Part shown: positions 10,378-18,900 of the stretch, one piece after another | Layout of the letters: the number at the start of each line of letters is the position of its first letter | How positions within the stretch are numbered: the first letter of the stretch is position 1 | Assembly (NCBI GenBank): GCA_963822145.1 | Contig: CAWGGG010000004.1 | Location: forward strand, 1,186,832-1,250,831 | Length of the DNA: 64,000 bases | Direction of reading: 5' to 3' | From: an uncultured Bacteroidales bacterium | GTDB taxonomy: Bacteria > Bacteroidota > Bacteroidia > Bacteroidales > UBA10428 | Program-made: the position numbers and the translations under genes | The notes under the pieces: model-generated | Databases searched by the model: none | The model's input: only the letters and a program-made list of their open reading frames with translations | What the model was told of the DNA's origin: nothing

Positions 10378-12003
10378 TTATGCCTGTCCTGCCGTGATAA
10401 GGTCTTTGGTTTTAAGCTTTGCCGGCATAAAGATTCCCAGGGCACCCTTTACGCCAACACTCATGACAATGTTGAACAGGAATGCTAGAAAAGCCACCAG
10501 GAGCAATCCCCCGCAGATACCTGCAAGGATCATATATATCCTGTATTCACCATTGACATATAGTGAGCGCCTCAACATACCCTGCAATCCCGCCATGCCC
10601 ATAAAGGCACCCATGCCGATACCGCCCAGCAAATGACACCAGAAGTGAATATTGGCAAGCTTCTGGCTATAGAGCCGTGCACCATTGGTGAGAATCGGGA
10701 GAAGCAGGTATATGGCTGAATATAATGTCATAGTAAGGCCTACCAGGACAGCGACATGTACATGCGGACCAATAATCCACTGTGTATTGTGCAGGATCCT
10801 GTTGAGGCCGATATCTGCCTGCAAAATACCGGCAGGAACTGCCAGTGCAAAGCCAAGGAGTCCGCCCAGCAGGAACTTTAATTCGTTGGTCATTTTCAAC
10901 GGTTTCGCACTCCAGAGGGTAACCAGGGTAATGAAGAAGGCCAAGCCCTGTGTGATAAGCTCAAAAGCAGTCACCATTTCTCCCGACAGCACTTTCAGTA
11001 GTCCGGGCTGTGCCTGGTCTGACAACAGATGATGCGACCACACCGTCCATGAAACCACAAGTTCCAAGAACAGGGCGGCTCTTGCCCAGTTTTCCATAAA
11101 CAGCTTTTTGCCGGTTATCAGGGTAGCCAGCAGGTACCAGGATCCGGCCACAAAAATAAGGACCATGCCATCTGCAATAAGGTCAAGTCCCCACCAGAAC
11201 CAGTTCTTATAAAGCAAGGCATCGATGGCTGTTGATTTCAGGCTATGCCCGAAGATTTCAGCAACCATATAAACCAGGATCAGCACTCCGGTGAAGGTAA
11301 TTACGGCAGCATTCAGAAAAGTATCCACGGTACCCCTGGCAATGGCAGCAACCGGAAGCGAAACCAGATGATCTTTCTGCTGCTTTTTGAAAAGATACCG
11401 GAATCCGGTCAGGCCGAGAGCCGAGGCCAGCAATGCTCCTGCCGGCTGTTTCTCCCAGCCTTCAGGAGTATATACAATGGTCTTAAAAATGTTCAGTACA
11501 AAGAACAGGGTGCCCACCATGATCATTGCAATGCCCAGGATGAAAAAGGCACCTCCGATTGCGCTGAATTGAGAAAAATCGGCCGGTAAGGGCCAGTATA
11601 ACGTATAAAGCGGTGCATAATGTGTCAGGAAACCCGACAACCACATGACAAATGTTCCGATAGCAATGAGAAAGAAAGTCCAGTTTGCTGTCCTGATGCT
11701 CCAAAGCGGTTTTTTCATCAGAAATGGAACCAAGAAAAGAAAGGCACCGAATACAATCATATAGGTTGAACCGAAAATACCGACCAGGGGATGCGCTGTC
11801 ATAATCGCAAAAAACTGTTCTGTAGAGATCTGTGGAACAGGATCTACTTCATAGATCCGCATCAGTACCCCTTCCACAACAACAATGGCATAATATACCA
11901 GGCCCACAATAACAAACCGCAAGGCTATTTTCTGCATTGGCGTGAGGGAGTGTGCTTTAAAAACTCCTTGTTCACCATGTATTAGAGTTTGTATGAAGTT
12001 CAT
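10378..12003 (-). CDS. Heme-copper oxidoreductase superfamily catalytic subunit I homologue with an atypical active site (putative NO reductase, gNOR-like)
   Basis: 541 aa with about 12-14 TM helices. Conserved heme ligands are present (TAHPLVGIF; WSHHLL; GPHVHVAV), but helix VI reads FWWGLDLIAD where oxidases have FW(F/W)xGHPxVY. Confidence 0.8.
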   Translation of the reverse strand: MNFIQTLIHGEQGVFKAHSLTPMQKIALRFVIVGLVYYAIVVVEGVLMRIYEVDPVPQISTEQFFAIMTAHPLVGIFGSTYMIVFGAFLFLVPFLMKKPLWSIRTANWTFFLIAIGTFVMWLSGFLTHYAPLYTLYWPLPADFSQFSAIGGAFFILGIAMIMVGTLFFVLNIFKTIVYTPEGWEKQPAGALLASALGLTGFRYLFKKQQKDHLVSLPVAAIARGTVDTFLNAAVITFTGVLILVYMVAEIFGHSLKSTAIDALLYKNWFWWGLDLIADGMVLIFVAGSWYLLATLITGKKLFMENWARAALFLELVVSWTVWSHHLLSDQAQPGLLKVLSGEMVTAFELITQGLAFFITLVTLWSAKPLKMTNELKFLLGGLLGFALAVPAGILQADIGLNRILHNTQWIIGPHVHVAVLVGLTMTLYSAIYLLLPILTNGARLYSQKLANIHFWCHLLGGIGMGAFMGMAGLQGMLRRSLYVNGEYRIYMILAGICGGLLLVAFLAFLFNIVMSVGVKGALGIFMPAKLKTKDLITAGQA

Positions 12004-12051
12004 CGTTTAATGTTTTATTGTTTAGTGTTCAATGTTTGAATCAATAATAGC

Positions 12052-12600
12052 CTATTCTGTTACCTCCACAATGCCCTTTTCGTGCATCAGTGCACCTGCC
12101 GGACCTGAGTACTCGGTGGAACGGATATCAAAAACACCGGTTTCCCCAAATTGCCAAAGCAGATCATTCCTGTGTCCGGGTACAACCTGCATCTGGAAAA
12201 CCATGGTATTGTCCTGCCGGAACAATCCGAAACCATAGGTAAGATCATTGGACCGCACATCAAACAGGATTTTCTGATTCAATTTTACCACCAGCTTCTC
12301 ATCGGGCAGCCTGAACTGATGGTTTTCAACTGTAATATAAAATACTGTATCCGGTTGGATCTCCCTTCGGTTTAGATCCATGGGAGACCAGGGTATGGTA
12401 TTGTAGGTGAAAATATGAAGGGAAACCCCTGTCACCACCAGGAAACTCACCCAGGTATAAAAGAAAACAGGTTTGATCAGTTTGCCCTCTCCTTTGGAGG
12501 TGATGCGATAGGCAAACCAGATCATAACTGAGAGGATCGCCAGTGCATACGACGTATACACCCAGATTAGTCCTGTTAAAACATCCTTTGAATCAGCCAT
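12052..12600 (-). CDS. Subunit II-like cupredoxin protein lacking the CuA site
   Basis: 182 aa with two N-terminal TM helices and a beta-rich domain. STEYSGPAGALMH occupies the position of the CuA motif CxExCGxxHxxM. The whole protein contains no cysteine. Confidence 0.7.
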   Translation of the reverse strand: MADSKDVLTGLIWVYTSYALAILSVMIWFAYRITSKGEGKLIKPVFFYTWVSFLVVTGVSLHIFTYNTIPWSPMDLNRREIQPDTVFYITVENHQFRLPDEKLVVKLNQKILFDVRSNDLTYGFGLFRQDNTMVFQMQVVPGHRNDLLWQFGETGVFDIRSTEYSGPAGALMHEKGIVEVTE

Positions 12601-12619
12601 AATTTTCTATATTAAGTAT

Positions 12620-13039
12620 TTATGAAGAAAAATCGAAATCAGAACCATGAACCAGCTGCAGCAGTGAAGTATTTGAAAAGGCAGCAAGTATTTTATCCCG
12701 GGTATCCTCCCACAGGTAATGTAGTGTGCAACGCTCAGACAATCTGCAGTCGGTTATTCCCATTATGCAGCCTTCCAGTGTACTCAACCCTTCAGTGGCT
12801 TCAATGATTTCTGAGAGAAAGATTTTTCCAGGTGAACGGGAAAAAGCATAACCTCCCTTTTTACCCCGGATACTTATCAGGAAACCCGTATTTGTAAGCC
12901 GGGTAAGTACCCTTCTCATGTAACGATTGTGAATGGCAAGGCTATCGAAAAGATATTGTGCAGAGAATATTTTGCGGTTTTCCCCTGCCATAAAAACCAG
13001 AATTCGGATAGCGTATGTTGTAGTCTTGGAGAAAATCAT
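12620..13039 (-). CDS. Rrf2-family transcriptional regulator (NsrR/IscR-like, three-Cys cluster site)
   Basis: 139 aa. Has an N-terminal winged HTH (TTYAIRILVFMA..) and a C-x6-C-x5-C motif (EGCIMGITDCRLSERC). It is the first gene of the operon with 12052..12600 and 10378..12003. Confidence 0.85.
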   Translation of the reverse strand: MIFSKTTTYAIRILVFMAGENRKIFSAQYLFDSLAIHNRYMRRVLTRLTNTGFLISIRGKKGGYAFSRSPGKIFLSEIIEATEGLSTLEGCIMGITDCRLSERCTLHYLWEDTRDKILAAFSNTSLLQLVHGSDFDFSS

Positions 13040-13041
13040 AA

Positions 13042-13061
13042 ATAATACATTGATGTATTAT
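13042..13061. promoter_or_regulatory. Perfect inverted repeat ATAATACAT-TG-ATGTATTAT, candidate Rrf2 operator
   Basis: 9-bp perfect arms 3 nt upstream of the Rrf2 start codon, in the divergent Rrf2/GNAT intergenic region. The ATACAT/ATGTAT hexamers resemble NsrR-type half-sites. Confidence 0.4.
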
Positions 13062-13084
13062 ATTGTAAATATAAAATTTTCGCC

Positions 13085-13576
13085 ATGAATGGCAACCTAC
13101 TTTTTTCTTATTTTTACGGAGATATGAATCAAATAAGCATACTTCCGGCTACGCCTGGTGAACGCGACTGGGCAGCCGCATTGCTGGCGGCAACCGATCC
13201 CTGGTTGACCCTGGGCATCTCCCTTGAAAAATGTACCAGTACCTGTCACGATCCTGAATATCTTTTGTTTGTAGCGCACATTGACGATGAGCCCTGCGGG
13301 GTCGTTATTCTGGATCCCCGCGGAATGGCCGGTGCCCCGTACCTGAAATCGATCGCTGTGGTTAGCCGTTATCGTAACAGGCAGGTTGGGGCTGCCTTAC
13401 TGACCTTTTCGGAAGAATACTTCCGGGAACAGGCCCGCCATTTCTTTCTTTGTGTTTCCTCCTTCAATGAAAAGGCAAGGAGGTTTTATGAAAATCATGG
13501 TTACGAGTTTATAGGAGTGCTCCAGGATTATATAATCCCGGGAGCATCGGAGATCATCTTGCACAAGCGGATATGA
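13085..13576 (+). CDS. GNAT-family N-acetyltransferase
   Basis: Acetyl-CoA binding motif RYRNRQVGAALL and a C-terminal YENHGYEF. The true start may be the ATG at 13124. The stop overlaps the next gene (ATGA). Confidence 0.8.
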   Translation: MNGNLLFSYFYGDMNQISILPATPGERDWAAALLAATDPWLTLGISLEKCTSTCHDPEYLLFVAHIDDEPCGVVILDPRGMAGAPYLKSIAVVSRYRNRQVGAALLTFSEEYFREQARHFFLCVSSFNEKARRFYENHGYEFIGVLQDYIIPGASEIILHKRI

Positions 13577-14811
13577 GATTAAACCTTCCCAAACCCTGGC
13601 CAATTGTGGCCATGCTTTGCGCTACTGCAACAGCTGGTTATATTTGCCGGGTTAACATATCTACGGCAGCTCCCCTGCTGATGGAAGAATTCGGCCTGTC
13701 ACAAATAGCCATGGGCCGGATTTTCAGTGCCTTTTTGCTGGGCTACGCCCTGTTTCAGATTCCTGCGGGTGCCATTGCTGACCGGTTCGGTGCACGGAGA
13801 ATATTATCATGGATTACCTGGCTCTGGTTCATGTTCACCATCATGCAAACATTTATGGGCTGGGGTTCATACCGCTTAGAGACCACAGTGGCCCTGATTG
13901 TTTTCATCGTATGCCGATTATTGCTGGGTATATCGGCATCTCCGACATATCCCGGGTCTGCCCAGGGCGTGTCCCGCTGGGTCATCCCACGGTTCCAGGG
14001 AAGAGCCAACGGCATCGTGATTGCTTCCATTGGACTTGGTTCCGCTATCGCCCCACCTCTGGTATCCGGTATTATGGTAACCATGGGATGGCGTGTCGCC
14101 TTAATCGGTTCGGCCCTGCCTGCGCTTGCCGCAGCATTAATTTGGTTGAGAATCAAGGAGCCCGAGAACCTTGCTGCCATTACTGCTGTTCACAGCAGAA
14201 CTGAGCCGGTCCAGGGTTCGGAATACAGGAAAAAGCTTCGTTCCCCGAGCTTTTACCTGCTAACGATCAGTTACACCCTTCAGGGTTATGTTGGGTATAT
14301 CTTTGTGACCTGGTTCTATCTTTATCTTGTACAGGAGCGGCATTTCGGGCTGCTGACCGGAGCCTGGATGAGCAGTCTGCCGTGGATCCTTTCCATTGTT
14401 TCCATTCCGCTTGGAGGTTATATTTCTGACCGGTTGGCAGCGGGTAAAGCGGGACCTGTTTGGGGCAGAAGGATCGTACCCCTGACCGGAATGGCCCTCT
14501 CAGGAATATTGATTTCTATAGGGGCCCATACCGGCAGTGCCGTTATGGCCGCTATAAGTCTTGCCTTTGCAACTGCCATGATTTTATGTGTGGAGGGACC
14601 ATTCTGGGCGATGATGATGCAAATTGCAGGGAAAAGAAGCGGAACTGCCGGCGGAATCATGAATATGGGAAGTAACCTGGGTGGACTTATATCTCCAGCG
14701 CTCACTCCTGTTATTGCCAGTTTGATCGGCTGGGAAAATGCATTGCATGTTGCTGCTGTTCTGGCTATTCTGGGAGCTTTCCTATGGCTGGGCATCAAGC
14801 CTGCGAAATAA
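13573..14811 (+). CDS. MFS transporter (anion/sugar-acid type)
   Basis: 412 aa, about 12 TM helices, MFS signature GAIADRFGARRIL. Confidence 0.85.
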   Translation: MRLNLPKPWPIVAMLCATATAGYICRVNISTAAPLLMEEFGLSQIAMGRIFSAFLLGYALFQIPAGAIADRFGARRILSWITWLWFMFTIMQTFMGWGSYRLETTVALIVFIVCRLLLGISASPTYPGSAQGVSRWVIPRFQGRANGIVIASIGLGSAIAPPLVSGIMVTMGWRVALIGSALPALAAALIWLRIKEPENLAAITAVHSRTEPVQGSEYRKKLRSPSFYLLTISYTLQGYVGYIFVTWFYLYLVQERHFGLLTGAWMSSLPWILSIVSIPLGGYISDRLAAGKAGPVWGRRIVPLTGMALSGILISIGAHTGSAVMAAISLAFATAMILCVEGPFWAMMMQIAGKRSGTAGGIMNMGSNLGGLISPALTPVIASLIGWENALHVAAVLAILGAFLWLGIKPAK

Positions 14812-14862
14812 CACTTTCTGAATTCGGATCAGGGTGACTGTCCGATGCAATAATTAACGCGT

Positions 14863-14878
14863 TAATTTTGTATATTTG
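14863..14878 (+). promoter_or_regulatory. Two tandem -7-like boxes (TAATTTTG TATATTTG)
   Basis: Back-to-back matches to TAnnTTTG about 100 nt upstream of the 14979 ORF. Confidence 0.35.
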
Positions 14879-14978
14879 CTATCAATCCAGGTATATACGA
14901 ACTGAATTTAAAATCCTTAAAGGTATTCTTATCATCATGCTAACCTTTCTATTGTATTGATAAACAAAAGACCTGAAT

Positions 14979-15404
14979 ATGAAACCTGAAATTGGCACCA
15001 AAAAGCTTCCAGTATCCAGATGGACCGTTATAAAAAAGAAACTCCGCAGGATGCTCTTCTATGTAAGTTTGATTGTGGTTTGCTTCCTGGCAGGCTTTAT
15101 TTACTGGAAGTACTTCTATACTTACAGTGAAGGATATCGTGCCGGTTTATTGCAGAAATTCACCTATAAAGGGAATATATTCAAAACCTATGAAGGCGAA
15201 CTTATTTTAAGTAGCGTAACCGGGGGGAACAATGTGGTTATTGCGTCGGAGAAATTCTTTTTTTCTGTTCCCGAGAAGAGTCTGGCCAGTAAGTTGGATA
15301 CACTCCAGGGCAGAACAGTTATTGTTCATTATAAGCAAAAAAACGGAAGATTGGTTTGGAAAGGTGACACGCCTTATTATGTTGACAGTGTAAGAGTAAG
15401 ATGA
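14979..15404 (+). CDS. Hypothetical membrane-anchored protein
   Basis: 141 aa with a basic N-terminus and a single TM (MLFYVSLIVVCFLAGFIYW). No family recognised. Confidence 0.5.
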   Translation: MKPEIGTKKLPVSRWTVIKKKLRRMLFYVSLIVVCFLAGFIYWKYFYTYSEGYRAGLLQKFTYKGNIFKTYEGELILSSVTGGNNVVIASEKFFFSVPEKSLASKLDTLQGRTVIVHYKQKNGRLVWKGDTPYYVDSVRVR

Positions 15405-15408
15405 TCAC

Positions 15409-15717
15409 TCAGAACATTTTTGTTATTAATCTGGCCCATTCGCTGCGGTTCCTGACCGTAAAATCAAGTTCTTCGCCAGCCTTGGTTTTGATCTTTATAC
15501 CCCTGGGCAGGATCATCATCACATTAAAGTAGAACATTTCACTGATATCTTCAGGGTTTATTTCCCTGTTACAGAACTGAAATTCCTGCTTCAGGGTCCT
15601 GAAGTATATCCTTTGGTTGGTAACAATCAACTTACCATTGACTTGCCGTTCGTTATGACGAAGATTTGAACTTCCAGCCATAAGAATCATTTCATTGGGT
15701 TTAAGAATCAGTTTCAT
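15409..15717 (-). CDS. Hypothetical small protein with a PH/GRAM-like fold signature
   Basis: 102 aa. The pattern NGKLIVTNQRIYFRT is typical of bacterial PH/GRAM-like domains. Convergent with the previous ORF, 4 nt apart. Confidence 0.45.
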   Translation of the reverse strand: MKLILKPNEMILMAGSSNLRHNERQVNGKLIVTNQRIYFRTLKQEFQFCNREINPEDISEMFYFNVMMILPRGIKIKTKAGEELDFTVRNRSEWARLITKMF

Positions 15718-15977
15718 GATAGTGAAATTTGGAATTCGGTTAATGAATGGATTTCATTATTGAATGTACATATATTATACCAAACTCTTTATATGTCTGT
15801 ATATATGATATTTAATCATTATATCTCATGATGAATATCTGACTGCTTCTGTGCCTAAACGAAACAACAGGTGTACGATTTGATACAGTTAAAAAAGCGC
15901 TGAATTTCGCGTGCAAAGACCGTTTTATTGAATTCCATTTCTTATATTTAAACACAGGATCATTAAACAGAACAATT

Positions 15978-16928
15978 ATGGCAGTAATTGGAATCGACCT
16001 GGGTGGTACAAAGCTTGCCGGCGCCCTGTTCCAACACGACGGGATGTGTATCAACAAAGTCGTCATACCGCTTGAAAAAAGGAAAGGCGATGAAGTAGGT
16101 GCCTTGATTAACAGTCTTATACGAACCGAAACCGACTTTGCCAAAAAAGAAAGGATGTCCATCCGGGCCATTGGCTGCTGTGTTCCTGGCATTGCATTTC
16201 CTGTCACTGGGAGGGTTTGGGCTCCCAATATCAGAAATTGGGAGGATTATCCGCTTCTCGAAAAAATTCGTACGGAAGTTCCGGATGAGAGTATCCGCAT
16301 AATACTTGACAACGACAGGGCCTGCAGCCTTTCAGGTGAGGTATGGAAGGGCGCTGCCCGGAACTGCAACAATGTTATCTTTCTTTCGGTGGGTACTGGA
16401 ATCGGTGCTGGCATAATGATCGAAGGAAAAATCCTCAGAGGCTCGGCTGATGCCGCAGGTGCTATCGGATGGCTTGCGCTTAATCCCGTTTTCAGAAACG
16501 GATATACTGATTGCGGTTGCTTTGAATACCATGCGTCAGGTGACGGATTGTTGAGAACTGCAAGGGATTATATGGAACTTGACCGGCAATATAGGGGAAT
16601 GCTGAGATACGATCGGCCTGAGGATTTAACCACCCAGGGTGTTTTCGATGCCTTCCGGCAGAAGGATGCTATTGCAGTTAAGGTCGTTGACCAGGCTATA
16701 CGCTATTGGGGTATGACAGTGGCGAACCTGGTCAGCTTGTTCAATCCTGAAAAAATTATCTTTGGGGGTGGTGTTTTTGGCCCTGCAGTTGAGTTTTTAG
16801 AGGACATTCTCCTGGAAGCCAGAAAGTGGGCACAACCTGTTAGCATCAACCAGGTTAAAATTGAAGCCTCCCTGCTGGGAGGAAATGCCGGACTTTTCGG
16901 AGCTGCGTGGATTGCTTTGTCTTCATGA
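15978..16928 (+). CDS. ROK-family sugar kinase
   Basis: N-terminal ATPase motif VIGIDLGGTKLAG, then LSVGTGIGAGI and a degenerate ROK Cys motif (CGCFEYHASG). Confidence 0.85.
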   Translation: MAVIGIDLGGTKLAGALFQHDGMCINKVVIPLEKRKGDEVGALINSLIRTETDFAKKERMSIRAIGCCVPGIAFPVTGRVWAPNIRNWEDYPLLEKIRTEVPDESIRIILDNDRACSLSGEVWKGAARNCNNVIFLSVGTGIGAGIMIEGKILRGSADAAGAIGWLALNPVFRNGYTDCGCFEYHASGDGLLRTARDYMELDRQYRGMLRYDRPEDLTTQGVFDAFRQKDAIAVKVVDQAIRYWGMTVANLVSLFNPEKIIFGGGVFGPAVEFLEDILLEARKWAQPVSINQVKIEASLLGGNAGLFGAAWIALSS

Positions 16929-16938
16929 ACCCATTCAA

Positions 16939-18114
16939 ATGATCAACAGAGATATTATGTACAGGAAAAGATTGGTTTTTGCCGCTGCATGCCTGGGCAT
17001 GCTCCTTTTCGGGATAGTTTTTCTGTCGCTGGGGACCATTTCAGTATTCATTCAGGAAAAATTCAACCTCAGGGAGCTCGAATTAGCCACTCTGGCATCT
17101 TTGTTGCCGGCAGGCATGCTCGCTGGTTCATTGGTTTTCGGCCCGATCGTGGATCGTTATGGTTACAAGATCCTGCTGATCATTTGTTGCGGTTTTATTG
17201 TGCTGGCATTGGAGTCGATTGCCTTCGCAAGGTCCCTGGCCATTCTGCAACTATCCTTTTTTATCATTGGTTTTGGTGGCGGTGCAATCAACGGCGGCAC
17301 CAATGCTCTTGCTGCGGATATCACCCCTACTGGCAAGGTTGCTGCATTGAGTTTGCTGGGTGTTTTCTTTGGCATTGGTGCATTGGGAATGCCACTCCTG
17401 TTGGGTATTCTGAGCCACATAACTGATTATGAAACCATCATATCATCGTTAGGCCTTCTGGTTTTGCTGCCAATTGTTTATTTTGCAGCCCTGGAATTTC
17501 CTGAGTCCAAGCAAAAACTGCGGTTCCCGGTTACCGAAGCTTTGGCCCTGCTGAAAGAACCGCTATTGATTCTCATGGGATTTATCCTGTTTTTTGAGAG
17601 TGCCCTGGAAGGGATTGTCGGCAGCTGGTCAACCACCTTTTTGAAATCCAAAGGCCTGTCCGCCGAAAATGCCCTTTATACACTATCCTGTCAGGTAGCC
17701 GTTATTGCCATTGTCAGGCTGATACTCAGTGGTGTGCTCAGGAAAGTCACTACCAAAACTGTAATGTATTTAAGTTATATATTTATTCTTGCGGGAAGTA
17801 TAGTACTGATAAGAACCAGTTCCTTCTCAGCCGCATTGTTGGCCATGTGCTTTATCGGGACTGGTTTTGCAGCTGGATTCCCAGTAATACTGGGATACAC
17901 AGGCGAATTGTATCCAAGGATTTCAGGTACGGCATTCAGTGTTGTAATCGTCCTTGCCCTAATCGGCAACACCCTGATGAATTACCTGATGGGGATCCTT
18001 GCGAATGTTTGGGGCATCCATAGATTTCCGGTCCTCATTATCATTAACCTCGCTTTTATGGTGTTATTATATAGTATTACAGTTAAAAGAGTTTCAAAAA
18101 GAATTAAGGTTTAA
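16939..18114 (+). CDS. MFS transporter (sugar-type)
   Basis: About 12 TM helices with signature FGPIVDRYGYK. Start set to the ATG at 16939, 11 nt after the ROK stop (track ORF begins at 16861 inside the ROK gene). Confidence 0.8.
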   Translation: MINRDIMYRKRLVFAAACLGMLLFGIVFLSLGTISVFIQEKFNLRELELATLASLLPAGMLAGSLVFGPIVDRYGYKILLIICCGFIVLALESIAFARSLAILQLSFFIIGFGGGAINGGTNALAADITPTGKVAALSLLGVFFGIGALGMPLLLGILSHITDYETIISSLGLLVLLPIVYFAALEFPESKQKLRFPVTEALALLKEPLLILMGFILFFESALEGIVGSWSTTFLKSKGLSAENALYTLSCQVAVIAIVRLILSGVLRKVTTKTVMYLSYIFILAGSIVLIRTSSFSAALLAMCFIGTGFAAGFPVILGYTGELYPRISGTAFSVVIVLALIGNTLMNYLMGILANVWGIHRFPVLIIINLAFMVLLYSITVKRVSKRIKV

Positions 18115-18135
18115 TCTTTATAACGGAGGTAAAAG

Positions 18136-18897
18136 ATGCTCGCAAAACAATGGATTGATAACGCAAGAGGCGTTATGGACAAGATTGAAAAAACCCAGAT
18201 GGACAATATCTGGAAAGCGGCTGAAGTTATGGCAAATTCGATCCAGGCCGGAAGATGGGTTCACACTTTTGGATGCGGACACGCCACCATTCCGGTTGAG
18301 GAGATGTATCCAAGGATTGGCGGATTTGTCGGCTTTCACCCCATGATTGAACTGCCCCTCACCTTCTTCACCAATATCGTAGGTGGCATGAGCGTTCATC
18401 AGTTCATTTTCCTGGAACGCGTAGAAGGCTATGGGGTTGAGATCATGAAAGGCTATAATTTTGATCCTTCTGATTGTGTATGGTTGTTTTCCCATACCGG
18501 CATCAATGCCGTGAACATTGATGTAGCCATTGAATCGAGAAAAAGAGGCATGAAGGTGATCGTTTTCGGATCAGCCAAAGAGGCCGAAGGGAAGCAAACC
18601 CGTCACAGCTGCGGAAAAACAATTTTCGATCTGGCTGATATTGTGGTAGATACCTGTGTTCCCATCCAGGATGCCTCTGTTCCGCTCATAAATCACATCG
18701 ACAAGGTTGGTCCGGTTTCCACCATGGGTTTCATCACAGCGGTGTGGATGACTGTAACTACGGTTGCGGAAATTCTCGCTGACCGAGGCGTGAAACTTTA
18801 TATTCATCCTTCACATAATATTCCCGGGGATACTTCCGCAAAAGACCGGCTGAGTGAGGCCCTTGCTGAATATAAGAGGCGGATTGCCGGAGTTTAG
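18136..18897 (+). CDS. SIS (sugar isomerase) domain protein, UPF0309-like
   Basis: 253 aa with VHTFGCGHATIPVEEMYPRIGGF and FSHTGINAV motifs. GGAGG lies 8 nt upstream of the ATG. Confidence 0.7.
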   Translation: MLAKQWIDNARGVMDKIEKTQMDNIWKAAEVMANSIQAGRWVHTFGCGHATIPVEEMYPRIGGFVGFHPMIELPLTFFTNIVGGMSVHQFIFLERVEGYGVEIMKGYNFDPSDCVWLFSHTGINAVNIDVAIESRKRGMKVIVFGSAKEAEGKQTRHSCGKTIFDLADIVVDTCVPIQDASVPLINHIDKVGPVSTMGFITAVWMTVTTVAEILADRGVKLYIHPSHNIPGDTSAKDRLSEALAEYKRRIAGV

Positions 18898-18900
18898 TAC

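Noticed and set aside
10378-12003. Annotating the 541-aa protein simply as aerobic cytochrome c oxidase subunit I (or cbb3 subunit I)
   Set aside because: Several features argue against a proton-pumping O2 reductase: the helix-VI GHPxVY motif is replaced by GLDLIAD, the partner subunit lacks CuA and heme c, and no subunit III/IV or assembly genes are adjacent.
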